DNA of 63,847 bases, counting the filler, from Reticulomyxa filosa (lineage: Eukaryota; Protista; Foraminifera), in the NCBI GenBank assembly GCA_000512085.1. It is 17 parts of 17 records of this genome, joined end to end, with 100 filler letters (N's around TTAATTAATTAA, not from the genome) between each part and the next. Parts side by side here need not be neighbours in the genome. Positions count along the whole stretch, not along the records: positions 7,931 to 13,272 come from ASPP01050162.1; positions 13,373 to 19,150 come from ASPP01044934.1; positions 19,251 to 25,375 come from ASPP01008905.1; 14 more parts are not named here. The stretch is one strand, 5' to 3'. The notes under the pieces are model-generated. The model saw nothing but the letters and a program-made list of their open reading frames with translations. It did not search any database and was not told the DNA's origin. This document shows, in pieces, positions 10,901-24,050 of this stretch. The translations under genes and the position numbers were made by a program. How positions within the stretch are numbered: the first letter of the stretch is position 1; every line of letters begins with the position of its first letter.

Positions 10901-12840
10901 CTGGTATAATCTATAGCCGTTTGAAGATTATTCCATGTATGTCCGTCCATACGATCTCAACAAAGATGCGGACGTAATAGAACTTTAATTAAATCGACAA
11001 TGACTTGGAATCGCAAGTTTTTGTGTACATTACCGACATGTGCATATCCAGATCAATTTTTGGATGGATGTGGTTGGATGGTGCAGCTGTCGTCACTGGA
11101 GATCCATTTTTTTTTTTTACCAAATATTAAAAAAAAAATTACATTTCAAATATAAATTTTTTTTACTTATTATCTTTTTTGTTTTTTCTTATTTATTATT
11201 TCTTTTTCATTATTTTTTTCTATCACTTTTTTACTTTCTTTTTTTCTTTTTCTTTTTTCTTTATCTTTTTATTATCCTTTTTTCCTTATTATTACCTTTT
11301 TTTTCTTCAATCTTTTAAATAACAGACAAAAAAAATATTTATAACTATTTGGATACAATCTTTATTTCTATTGTTTTTTTCCTATAAAGACACTAACAAT
11401 ATTTTTTTTTAGGTAGGGGGAACAAATAAATAAATAAGTATACATATGTTTTTTTTTCTTTGATGGGGGAATCCTATTTAGTCACACAAACACAAAACAT
11501 TACATAACAAAAGAATATCTATGTATACATAAATAAATATAATATAACAAACCATTTTTCCTCATCGAGGATACGGGGTAGATTTCAACCCATATTTTTC
11601 TTTTTTTTCTTTTGTGTGAAGGGGAGGGAAAACATAATTGTAACGAGTATTGCGGACGGAGGAACATATGTTACACAACATACAACACAAAACACTTAAA
11701 CATATCTTGAAAAAAAAGATAGATAGTACAAACCTTTATTTCTCCTTTCGGAGACGGGGTGGTTTCTACCCATCGCTGCTCCATTTTATCTAATCTATAC
11801 AAGTAACAACAAAATCATATCTTTATATTGTTATTACAACAACAAAATAAAAATAACTTTACAAGACCACATGGGTCACATTTTGATGTAGAGATTAAGC
11901 TTTGCACTAAATCTTTTCTCCTCCGTTTGCCCCCTTTCTTACCAGGTACACTGAAATGGAAGGACATCAAATGGGCATAAACCCACTTTAAGAAAACAAA
12001 AAAAGTTTGTGACAAACGAGTACATTTATGAAATGTTAAATGGATGTCATACGATGTGTAGAAATGCCGAGTTTATTGAGGAAGGATATACGTACAAAAA
12101 AATCTTAGCTAGAACAAAAATAAGTGAAATACGCATCCATCAAATAAAAAGAGTTCCAGAAAAATGAATGATTGGCAATTAATTTTGACAATTGGTTTAA
12201 TTTCCTTTCAAAAAAAGAACACTGGCTTGCAGAAGTGAAAGATCAATACACTGTTTTGGCATCACTTGCAAGAGTAATATAATGCAACAAATTTACTAAC
12301 AAAAACAAATGTTTTGATATATTGTCCTACGAGACATCTGCGAATATTTTTACAAAGATAAATTAAGAATGTGACGATGGACATAACTTCAAATCAAAGG
12401 AATCAAATGTGTTAATCTGTCAGCAAAACTGTGGAAATTTTATCTTTTAGCACATACGTATCATACACCAAGCCTTGTAGCTCCAACAATGTATTACATT
12501 GATGTGAAAGAATCAAAGGGAATAATTTGAACAAATTAAATTTGTTTCGTCAGAAAAGAGAATTATGCTTTGAATAGGTTTGGAAAATTTATATTGATAA
12601 AATTGGCAAAATTATATTGTTATCTTCTGTACAGAGGAATTCACAACTCACACATTGACAATGAAATATGTAAGTAAGTAGAATCAATCATCATTTGCCA
12701 TTTATCACTTCTCCTATTGACAATGTTAATGTATTTCAATTAGAGCAATTTCAATTTATTAAGCACCCCATTTTATCAGTCCTGTGGTATAAATGTTCCT
12801 AATTTGTATTCAAATCAGAAATAGAGCAAAAGAGATGGTC
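7931..12840 (-). pseudogene. Degraded coding-like sequence with diverged internal duplication
   Basis: Short protein-like minus-strand stretches broken by stops. 7970-8128 resembles 11915-12069, and 8705-8900 resembles 12634-12836. Family not recognised. Confidence 0.4.
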
Positions 12841-13383
12841 AAAAAAAAAGAAATGATGCTGTTTTATAGCAATTGAGAATTTCATATTGGATATAATAGA
12901 AATGATAATGTGTTTGAATATCTGAAATTGTATGCATTTTATGCAAGCAAACACTCGGTTTTTATTTTAAGTTTGTGTGATTGCTATGACATATATTTCA
13001 AAATTTTATTGATCAGCTGTAAATCAGTCCCCTTTTTTAAAAAAAAGTTGCTTAAGCAATTGTTTGTCAAAGAAAAAACTTCTCCATCGCTCGCTTCATT
13101 CCATTCAAGCAACTTCTCTCTCTTGCAGGCTCCAATCCTGTTGCTGTAAGTCTCGTTTCACACCTCAGTCACAAAAAAAAAGGCGCAAATATGAACCCGA
13201 GTTTTTTAAGTAAACAAGACAAATTTCAAATGAATAAAAAGTAATTTTGTTTCAGCAAGAAGCACGACCTTTNNNNNNNNNNNNNNNNNNNNNNNNNNNN
13301 NNNNNNNNNNNNNNNNTTAATTAATTAANNNNNNNNNNNNNNNNNNNNNNNNNNNNNNNNNNNNNNNNNNNNAAAAAAAAATT

Positions 13384-13415
<32 letters not shown>

Positions 13416-13416
13416 G

Positions 13417-13906
13417 GAGTACCAAAGACATTAGTGGTGGTATACAAGTATGGAGCGAATGCCACCTCGTTGGGAGTTGCGATTGTCAAGGAACACAGTA
13501 AAATGGAAATTACGTGCAACTCACGCGATTGGAAACAACATAATTTCCAGTCGCAATCGGACACGTTCACCGTTCTTGGAGCTGCCTATGGCTTGGCGGA
13601 TGTCACTACGAAAATACAACCTTTGCTTTCTGACAAATGCACTGTCGCGGCAACCAACCAGATCTTTGGAGACCCTTGGCATGGTATGTCACTACTTTTC
13701 TTTTTCAAATTTATTTTATCCCTTTCTCCTCGCTAAAAATACATTTCATTATTATTATTATTATTATGTCACTCACAATAAATATAGGAGTGAGAAAGAG
13801 CTTGGTCGTCGTTTATACCTCTGGTGGATCCAAAGTAATCCACACTACTATAGTACAAGAAGGCTTGGAACTCACTTTGTCTTCTCAGCAGCAATTAAAA
13901 CAATGA
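13417..13906 (+). CDS. 3' part of a protein with tandem DUF3395/SUEL-lectin-like beta-sandwich repeats
   Basis: VLGAAYGLADVT...ATNQIFGDPWHG|VRKSLVVVY across an intron at about 13685-13788, preceded by the tail of an earlier repeat, GVPKTLVVVY. Confidence 0.55.
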
Positions 13907-14081
13907 TCAAAAAAAAAAAATTGTCAGTTTTGGGATGAAACTTAAACTTTAACCCATTTTTTCGTTTTAACCTTTTCCAAAAAATATAAAGTTTTCCCTT
14001 CAACTTTTGAGATTAGTGATCAGGACCAAAACAAAAGGGTTTTTCCCTCGTCAATAAAAAAATCTATAATCGTATTGAAAA

Positions 14082-15482
14082 ATGTCTTGCTTGGAACTTT
14101 TTGTAACAATTGACTCAAAAGAATATCGACTCGGGTTGGAAGTGTTGACAATAGTAGCTTTGAAGAAACAATTACTTAATGTGCACAAAGTTGATGACGA
14201 ACAAGGAAATGTGTCGATTAAAATAACTGATGCAAATGCGTGTGATATTGAAACAGACGAGCAACTGCAACAGGCAATTAAAAACTCTAAGTTTGATTTC
14301 ATTGCTTATGTGCAACAGCAAAGGACCAATGGAGAGAAGAGGAATACCCCAGAGACTTTGGACTTTAAAAGGCATTGGGACATGGGATGGATAATATCAA
14401 ATACTGAGGCAGTAAAAATTGTGGAGCAAATGCTAAGCAGAAATGAAAAAGGATTGATTGCAGTGATTGCAAATGAAATTGAACAGCAAAATAGTGCAAA
14501 GAAAAAATCAAATGGGATGACATCCTCTTTTATTTCGTGTATCAATAATGATGCAATTACTAAAAAGCAAGAATATGGTGATTATTGGTTATATGTTATG
14601 AAGCAAAATCTGATTATATTTGACGAAATGATCATTGATGGGAATGTTTATGCAGTCGAATGTGAAATTGAATGCAAAGGAAATGTAACGATAACCACAC
14701 AATTGTTTGTTACAAAAAATGTAAGAATTGATAGTATTTTGACACAATCAATTTCACCAATTCAATGGAATACCAAATTTCATCACGATATTCTAATACA
14801 ATTACAAGAGCTCTATGACAAGGGATGTGAATCAATAGCAACATTTAATGTCAATGATAGCATTGGATATTCTCGGGAAGCTTTACAGCTCGCTTTGGAT
14901 AGTTTTGATTATAATCATCCTTATGTTGCCAATACATATAGCAACTTAGGGATTTCTTATGGCGAGGCTGAACAACATGACAAGGCAATGGAATGCTATG
15001 AAAAAGCGCTAACAATCACTTTGAATGTTTTTGGAAGTAATCACGGTTGGATGGCCAATTTATATACGAGCTTTGGAACTGCTTATTATAGCATTAATAA
15101 TTTTCATAAAGCAATTGAATTTTATAACAAAACATTACAAACTAAATTGAATATTTTGGGAATGTATCATCTGAGTGTTGCCAATGCTTATAGAAATTTA
15201 CAACTTGCTTATTCTCTTAATTGTGAACATGAAAAGGCAATTCAATGTGCTCAACATGAATTACAAATTGTTGTGAACATACTTGGAAACAAAGACAATA
15301 AAATCATCTCTTTGAATTGGAGATTGGGAGAAATGTTTGAAACAGTATTCAACTTAGAGGAAGCACGCAAACATTATGAAGAGGCATGGAAATTATCCAG
15401 TGAATTACATGGCGAATTCAATATAGAAACATTGCTTCCAAAAAGAAAGATTAAAGAATTATCAATTAAACAAAGAAATTAA
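14082..15482 (+). CDS. TPR-repeat protein (kinesin-light-chain-type TPRs) with N-terminal PB1-like domain
   Basis: Intact 466-aa ORF with repeats HPYVANTYSNLGISY...AMECYEKAL and MANLYTSFGTAY...AIEFYNKTL. Confidence 0.85.
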   Translation: MSCLELFVTIDSKEYRLGLEVLTIVALKKQLLNVHKVDDEQGNVSIKITDANACDIETDEQLQQAIKNSKFDFIAYVQQQRTNGEKRNTPETLDFKRHWDMGWIISNTEAVKIVEQMLSRNEKGLIAVIANEIEQQNSAKKKSNGMTSSFISCINNDAITKKQEYGDYWLYVMKQNLIIFDEMIIDGNVYAVECEIECKGNVTITTQLFVTKNVRIDSILTQSISPIQWNTKFHHDILIQLQELYDKGCESIATFNVNDSIGYSREALQLALDSFDYNHPYVANTYSNLGISYGEAEQHDKAMECYEKALTITLNVFGSNHGWMANLYTSFGTAYYSINNFHKAIEFYNKTLQTKLNILGMYHLSVANAYRNLQLAYSLNCEHEKAIQCAQHELQIVVNILGNKDNKIISLNWRLGEMFETVFNLEEARKHYEEAWKLSSELHGEFNIETLLPKRKIKELSIKQRN

Positions 15483-15883
15483 TTTGTCGTAGAATAATTA
15501 CTTCAATCAAATTTAACTTTAAGAAGGTGACAACATGATTTGATGATAAATTTAAATGACAAAAATCCAAATACAAATAGAATAATTCACTGTAGTATAA
15601 TTATTTTTTTTTTTTCAATGGAGAAAATTAGATTATTTGCAAAGCAAACAAATGAAATGATTGAATCGTAAAATCTAATCTTTGGAAGCAAATTCAATTC
15701 ATTTCTAACTAAAAATACATTTTGTTTTTAATTGAAGACAAAACATTTTGTCGAATTTGTAGAAATAATTTTCTTACATTTTTGGCTGAAAAGTTAACAA
15801 TAAAAAAGAAAAGGAACAAAAGTTCAAAAACCTTTTTTTTTTTAGATCAATCAATCTTTTATACAAATAAAAGTAGTGAAGCA

Positions 15884-17045
15884 ATGGATCGTTCCTGTTC
15901 ACAAGTAAATACGATACCACAGTTGGTTGGTCTATCATATCTTTGTCAGCTGTTCTATAAACAAATAACTTACAAAAACAACAGTCAGAAAAACAAATAA
16001 AACTTATTATTGAAAATTGGCTTCGAATTTTGAATATAAGATTGGGATGGATTAATGATTTTAACAAATTTGTTATTAAATATGTTAAGTAGTTTGATTT
16101 TATTTTTTTTTTTATTTCAAATAAAATAAAATATTAATTTTTATTATAAATCATCAATAGGCAAAGTATTTTAAATTATTAAAAATTTTACGAGGACATA
16201 AAGACACAATAAATAGTGTAATCTTTTCATCAGATGGTCGCAAAATTGTTTCTTCAGCAAGTGATGAAACTGTTCGAATATGGGATGTTGAATCAGGAAA
16301 ACAGATTCAAATATTTATAGAACATTCAAGTTTGTTTAATGCTGCAGAATTTTCACCAGATGGACGTATTATTGTAAGTTGTTCTGAAAATAAAATAATT
16401 CAATTATGGGATATGGAATCAGGAAAAGAAATAATGAAATTGAAAGGACATTCAAGTGCAGTATGGGATGTAAATTTTTCTTTAGATGGTAAATATATTG
16501 TATCAAGTTCATCTGATAAAACAATAAAATTATGGGATGTTAATTCTGGAGAACAGTTACAAACAATGATTGGTCATTCATCTGGTGTAACTAGTGTACA
16601 ATTTTCACCAGATAGTCAAATGATTGCATCTGCATCTCATGATAAAACAATTGTATTATGGGATGTAAAAACTGGTACAAGATTAAAAGAATTAAACGGT
16701 CATTTCGGTCTTGTATTACGTGCAAAATTTTCATTTGATGGTCAATATATTATATCATGTTCATGGGATAAAACAATTCGAATATGGAGTGTGAAATCAG
16801 GAAAAGAATTAAAAATATTAAAAGAAAATTTTGAAAAAGTGAGAGATGTGTCATATTTTCCAGATGGTCAAACAATTGTATCATGTTCATGGGACAAAAA
16901 TATTAGTTTATGGGATGTAAAATCAGGAACAGAAATACAAAAATTAGAAGGACATGATGAGAGAATAACGTGTGTAAATATTTCTCCAGATGGTGATAAA
17001 ATTGTATCAAGTTCTGTTGACTGTACAATTCGAATATGGGGATAA
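15884..17045 (+). CDS. WD40-repeat protein (3 exons)
   Basis: Exons 15884-15925, 15985-16083 and 16161-17045 with GT-AG introns. About 7 GH...FSPDG...D+TIRIWD repeats. N-terminal exon IIENWLRILNIRLGWINDF. Confidence 0.9.
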
Positions 17046-17364
17046 ATTTTTTTTTTAAAATAAGAGAATGAAATATCAATTTGATTGTTATGACAATTAT
17101 TTTTCTTATTGTTATTACTTATTTTATGAATAATGTTTCATCATCAAACATCCACAATTAAAAAGAGATAAAACAAAGTATTGTTAATTTTTTTTTTCAC
17201 ATTTTAGAATTTTCTTTATCACAACTAAGAATAAAAAGAAAATGTGTAGATTTTTGTTGTGTCAAAAACTCTTCATTGAACTTAGAAAAAAAAAGCTCAA
17301 ACATTTGTTCATCTTATATCATCTAAAACAACCTCAAAAGAAAACTAAAAAAAAAATTGAAGGA

Positions 17365-18741
17365 ATGACCACCACTATCAGTAATAAAAAACAAACTCTA
17401 ACTCAACTCTCTTTGGTAAGTTTCATTTCATGCTTTCAAAAAACTAACTCAATTAGATCTTTGTATTTGCCAGTTAGAAAAAGAAAATGAAATCCAAGTA
17501 ATTATTCGACATTGGATTCGAATATTAAACATTAAATTAGGATGGATCCATGATTTCGACAAACTTGTTGTCAATTATGTTATGTTTTTTTTTGTCAATG
17601 AAATATTTAAATATTTATTTTTTATTACAATACATAATCACTAATTTAATATAGGCAGCTATAATCTTCATGCTAGATACATTTAGTTCATCGTCTAAAT
17701 TACTCAAAACTTTTAGTGGACATACTAACTATGTGTGGAGTATTGATTATTCAATATTTGATGATAATCAATTAATTTGTTCTGGGTCACACGATAAAAC
17801 AGTTCGTGTATGGAATGCAGATACAAACAAACAAATTCAATCATTCACTGAACATTCAGATGCTGTGTACTGTGTAAAATTTTCAACTTATCATCGTCAT
17901 AACAATTATCATAGTGTAATTTGTTCTTCATCATGGGACAAAACCATTCGTTTTTGGGATTTTAAAGATAACCAACAATTAAAAGTATTAAATGGACATA
18001 AGGATGTCATTTATGGAATTGAATTTTCACCATTTAACGGTGGTAGATATTTGTGTTCTGGATCATATGACAAAACAATTTGTTTATGGGATATTGAAGC
18101 ATCTAAATCACTACATTTTTTCAATGGACATGAAGGTGGTATTATTTGTGTAGATTTTTCACCATTACAAAGTAATAACAATAGCAAGAATGAAAGTAAT
18201 ATTATTGGTGTGATTGGTGGTAATGGATATACAATTTGTTCTGGATCATCAGATAAAACTATTAGTATATGGGATATTGAAACGACAAAACAATTAATTA
18301 TATTCAAAGGAAATGAAGGTTGGGTTGATTGTATAAAATATGGATCAAATGAATCAGGAATCAGTGGTGGTGCAAATACAATATTATCTGGATCTGCAGA
18401 TAAAAGTGTTCGTTTGTGGGATATTAGATCTACTCAACAAGTTCAAATATTTAGTGGACATATACACTGTATGGGATGTCGAATATTCACCGTTCATAGT
18501 CAATAATATTGAAATTGGCGGCAGTTCAAATGTGATATGTTCTGCATCAGGTGATAACACAATTCGATTTTGGGATATTCGATCAAATAAAAATGAATTA
18601 TATGTAATAAATGAAAATAAAAAAGAAAATGATGGAATATTATCTCTTAAATTTCTACAAATTAAAAAAAGAAATAATGACTATGGTTGTGTTAATTTGT
18701 GCTATAGTTCAAACGGGGGCCTTATTCATATTTGGGGATAA
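17365..18741 (+). pseudogene. WD40-repeat gene, tandem paralog, frameshifted near 18460-18470
   Basis: Same 3-exon layout and IIRHWIRILNIKLGWIHDF exon. The last repeat (GH..VWDVEYSPF) is split between the ORFs 17670-18506 and 18340-18741. Pseudogene or sequencing error. Confidence 0.75.
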
Positions 18742-19384
18742 TTTTTTTTTTCAAACAAGTTTTTGATTTTTTGAATTGACTTAAATGAAATAATCTTCCT
18801 ATCAATCAAATAATGTTTTTTAGTATTGCAATTATGGCTAATTTGCATTTCAATTTAAAGAATTTAACAAGGATCAGAAGCGTTAATTCAAATTACTTTG
18901 TTTCGATTATATCTTTCGCTGTTACTCATCTTGTTTATTAATAAATTGTTGGGGTCAAAATGATAACTTGAACAAGCAGCATTCAATGATAAGCAATACT
19001 TATTAATCAAATTGAATTTGACACACGATGTAGAAAAAGAGAAAAAATATTATCCTTTTTATGGAAGTATTGTATAGAATTTGGAGCGGGAAAGTAAGTT
19101 TTAAGAAAAAGGAACATACAGTAGGTTGCAAAGAAAACTGAACGCCTAAANNNNNNNNNNNNNNNNNNNNNNNNNNNNNNNNNNNNNNNNNNNNTTAATT
19201 AATTAANNNNNNNNNNNNNNNNNNNNNNNNNNNNNNNNNNNNNNNNNNNNTTTTTTTTTTTTTGTGTTTGTATATTAATATGAACATATTCATGTACTTT
19301 TTGGAAAAAAAAAAAGTGGGTTTTTTTTTTTTTGCATACTTTGATGACCCTTGTAACAAAAGTCGACAAAAGCATTAACAACAG

Positions 19385-19953
19385 AGCCTCTGAAGCACAG
19401 TACAAAACAACCGATGGAAAGGAGTCCAACGGTGGAGTCAAATGGCACGTCGGACAACGCGAACGGTGGTGGCAATGCAAACCAAAGAAAAAAAAGTGGT
19501 CATGACAGAAGTCGCAGCAATAGCAACGATTGGGGGGAGGAAAAATCTCGAGTCGACTTTTCAATGACAGTGGACGTCGACAACTTTGACTTTTTCCAAA
19601 ATGGACATCACACTACTGAGTACTCGATGACTTGGCTGGACGAAGACGAACTGCTACTACTTGGCAATCAAAATGCCAATAACAATGGCAACGAAGAAGA
19701 AAATGGCAATGAAGGCTCACACAATCCCAATAACAATACCACCACCCAATTTTCACAATATGTGGAATATAATGAATTTGAATTGACGGCGGAAGAGGAA
19801 GAGGAATTTAAACGGGTTGAAGCTGAACATAATAAATTATTGGCAGGCGGATTTAATCCTTTACCGCCTGTTGCCATGGACTTGTTCACTGCTGACATTG
19901 TAGATGCATATAACCAAAAAAATAGAGAAAAAAAATCACATCTGCGAAAATGA
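19385..19953 (+). CDS. Terminal exon of an unknown acidic, Asn-rich protein
   Basis: Open frame after an AG at 19383-19384, with coding-like composition. No domain recognised. Confidence 0.5.
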
Positions 19954-21468
19954 TTGATTTCTCACTTTTCTTTTAGTAGCGTTTGCCCAATGTAGTTTTG
20001 AAGTTGTTCGTCAAATAAAAAGGAGATGAGAACTACTCCAACAAAATTACTGTGCATGTACAATGTAAGTTTTCCAACGTTTTCAGATTTTTTAAAGAAT
20101 TCTTACAACCTGCTCCAAAAATTTCGTCTTTAAGTTTGCTTTACTTCTTCTCTGATAATAAAGAACAAACCATTTTTGTTGTCAGCAAATCATTTCTTTT
20201 TTGTTTTATTTATTTTTGTTTAGGAATATAGATAATGGATAATCCTTTTTCAATTTACAATACCACAAAAAAAAGAATTCGTAGAAATGCCAGTCAGCAA
20301 AGCAGAAAAACACTTTTTATTAGAAAAATTGAAAGAAGTGCGATTCATGTATTTGAGTATATAAAATAGTTTGAAAGACTCTAACGAAAAACAATTTAAA
20401 TTATCAATTATGGCCTTTCGATTGTTTCATCACGCTTGATAGAAGTTAGGCAACGTATAATCCACTAGACATAATGCTACGTAACTACACACTAACATGC
20501 AAAACCAAAAAGTATATGCACGAATTCGATTCTAGGCATAGTTATTTTTTTCTACTAAAGAAAAATACGTAACAATGTCTGTTTGTTCAGCATAGTATTT
20601 ACAAGACGATATTGCAATGTTTTATTTTCGTTTTTTGGTAAACTTGAGATAATGCAGACATGCTTTTTAAAAAATAGTGTTTCGCATCAAAGTAAAGAGT
20701 TACTTGTATTAATAAAAATGACAAATAAAAACCAACATGTTACGACAAATTATTAATTAAAGAAATTCGGTGTCTTCGTTTTAACTATCTCCAAAAAAAT
20801 AATTTTCTTTTTCGAGACGTTTCTGGCACGTTTGTCTTCTTTTATTTGATTCATTTTCTTTGAAATTAGCGAAGAGCCAGCCTTCCTATAAATTTTTCGG
20901 AAATTTTGCTTAACTTTGATCAAGTTGTTTACAAGTATATCTTTTGGACTGATCATTGCGAAAAATATTGTATATTATCTATTTTTTTGCAAACTACCGC
21001 ATTAAGTATATTGCGTCCAATTTATAAGCCGATTTGTCTAATGGCAATTGTAGTATTAAAAAAGCAAAGTTAATAACAATATTGTAGGGCAAGTCCCTAT
21101 TATAAGTGTCTGAACGTCAAGGGAGCCGGAGGAATCCCCAGTAGGTTAAACTTCCTCAGCAACCTACTTCTTACTTTCTTACTTTTCTTTACTTTCTTTT
21201 GTTATCTTGTTTTATTATTTAAATTGCTTTCGTTTTACGACACTCCAATTCTCTCCTAAGTAAACACCTCTCGTATTACAGTTAGTGCACCAATACTATC
21301 AGCAGACGTCCCACAATATTCTCATTTTTTGGAAATTTGTTACAAGTGTCTTGTAGTTAAACAAATTTTGTTCGATTTTTGAGCATAGTAAATTCACTTT
21401 CTTGAAAATTAGCATCACAACACTTACAAACATTTCAGTTGAACAGCAGCTTTTTGAAAGAACAAAAA

Positions 21469-24050
21469 TTACAAAGTAGGAGATTTATTATGTCTCATCT
21501 TTCGGAGGGTTTTGTGATTACTACTCAAGAAAACGTTTCTAGAAGCTGAAAACTCAAGAGATTGAATCTCAAGACCTTTTTTTGGCTCAGGTTGGGGTGG
21601 TAACATTTGAGAAAGTCTTGCTTTATTGAGATGGGGCAAAGATATGCGCTTGTTTCGATGATAATCAGCTCTATTTCTAAACTGTAATCGTTTGTTTTGA
21701 AGAAGTTTAGGTGCATTGTTTAAAGAGTTAAACAAAATGTTGGCAATTTTATGATGAAATTTTTGAAATTCTGTCGTTTTTTGCTGCTGTCTTGTTTTGG
21801 TATTCCAATTTTTATCCCTGTTCCGAACGAGCCCTGCATCTGTGGATGAATTCAATGCTGGTGCTGCATGCTCATGGGTCTTCTTGACACTTTTTGTATT
21901 TTCACGGGCGAGGTCAATTTTTTCGCTTTCACAGCTAGATGTTTTTATCTTGCTCTTGGGGCCTTTGTTATTAGCTTTGGCCGTGGAGGCTGATGTCGGC
22001 ATGTTGAAAAAATCTTTACGGGAAATCTTTTGTTGAATGATTATACAGAGTGTTCAATTATTTTCGAATAGAGCAAAAGATAAAAAAATATTTCAACTTT
22101 TTTGGATTTAATTTTGGATTTTGCAGATTTACTGCGTTTTTTTTTAGAGTTATTCTTCAGATTGTTTCTGCAAGCGAAATAAGATTGATTGGTGCCTTTT
22201 TTAATTATATTTTTGAGGTATGTTAAAAACAAAGATGCTACTATTTTAAGAATTTATTAAGTATATTTTGACACTCACCTTGAGTTTTTTGTGGAAAGAA
22301 TGGTTGCATCCTTTGTTTGACAAGCTTACTTTCCGCCATGAGTTGTTGGATTGTGTCTTCATCCATCGAAGCGTCGCTATCATCTTCAGATGTGGTTAAA
22401 ACATCCCTTTCTGTTACTAATATTAATTCGTTGTCACCAGGTCTGAAAACAGTCATGCACAAAACAAAAAAGAGTAAGCAAATTACTTTTTATATCACCT
22501 CTGCCCTCAAAATGATACGATCAACTCTTCAACTAGCTTTGGTAATTTTTTCGAAAGGCGCAACGGAGCAACTGCAATGGGATTTTTTGTGCGATTTTTT
22601 TTAGACTTTTGGAGTGAGCTGAGTGTTCCTTCTTTATCTGATGTATCAGTATCTATGTCATTAACTATATCCAAACATCCATTAATGCGTTTTGACATAT
22701 GAATGCATCAAACGGCTTTTTTTTTGTGTACAAGATAGGGAAATATATAGATACCTATGTCAAATGCCTCTTTTTTGTCAATATCTTCTTTGATGCTACA
22801 TTGAGGTGTCCAGTGCTTGAGACTTGCAAAGTGGCACAAAACAGAGGGACCTTTCTCGCTTAAATCTGTAGACCAAAGGCTTTCATAGTAACTCTATTGA
22901 TGGGATTGTAATTATTGTTACATAAATAAAAAAAATATCAAGCAAATTTTTCAAATTTATTAATATTTTGTGCAACCTTTCATAATGGCTCCAAGTTTTG
23001 TTTAAAAGAAAAAGAGGAGAGAAGATTGATGTTATTTTTTTAAATATTTGTGAAATAAAAGCACCACCAACTTCAATATATTCTTGAGTTTTTCTTAATT
23101 CTTTGACATCTGGATGAATATCAATATTTAGATTAACTTCATATCGGCTGTTAATATCTTGAATGATATTGTCAAAAGAAACTATTTGAAATGGCAGTGG
23201 GGTAATAAAATTCCTTATACAATCTGCACTTTCGTTTTTTTCATCGTTATTTTTGGAATGTTGTGTCATGGGATGATTCGTTGTTTCTTCAAGTTGTAGT
23301 GTGGCTGCGTTTTGAAAAGGGGGAAGAAGAAAAAAAAATGTTCTTTTTATTTTAAAGAAACAAACTATTCAGCTCATTGACAATATCAATCAATTCAAAT
23401 TCGGAGTCGACATCCATTGCTTGTTGCTTCAAGTAAACACTTAAATCAAAAGTGCTGATATCCTTGCATATCCACTTATTGGACCTAGTATCAAACAATG
23501 ATTGCGAATGAGTCGTCTTGTATATTTCGAAGCGTTTTCCCTTCAAGATGTGGTCATCCCAAGACAGCATATTTTTGTGAAAGGTAAGTACTAATGCAAT
23601 TGGATAACACAAAAAAAAAGTTTATTCGTTATACAAGTGCATGTGAAAGAGTGCTGGAAACGAAGTCAGAGGATTGCTTAGAATTTTGGAGTTGTCGGTT
23701 GAAATATTGAGACTGTACTGAAACACGACTTGCATTCTGATATGGAGCGCAGATCTTGGAACTATCAGATAGAGTGTCATCAGACCAATCACTCCGGTGC
23801 AAATGGTTGACTCCAAGTTGCCATGCCATTACAGAGTATACGTCTAGCAATTCATTGGTATTTTCAGATTCCTCATTTGTCCTGTTATTGTGAGCCAAAC
23901 AAGAGACAAAATAAATGTTCTAAGTAATTTTAAAAGATCGATGATAGCCAATGAGTGTTATTGTTATTATTTGTCCTTCTTGACACACTCTGCTTTTATT
24001 TTTGTATTTGGATCAAATATCTGCGTTTTTTCAGCCATGGCCTTGCTCAT
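21469..24050 (-). CDS. Multi-exon hypothetical protein
   Basis: Chain of minus-strand ORFs (23629-23898, 23352-23612, 22883-23269, 22507-22698, 22241-22462, 21469-22002) separated by short AT-rich intron-like gaps. Putative start MSKAMAEKTQ at 24050. Confidence 0.5.

Noticed and set aside
21141-21167. Hammerhead ribozyme (CTGAGGA on the minus strand)
   Set aside because: There is no correctly placed GAAA or stems II and III.
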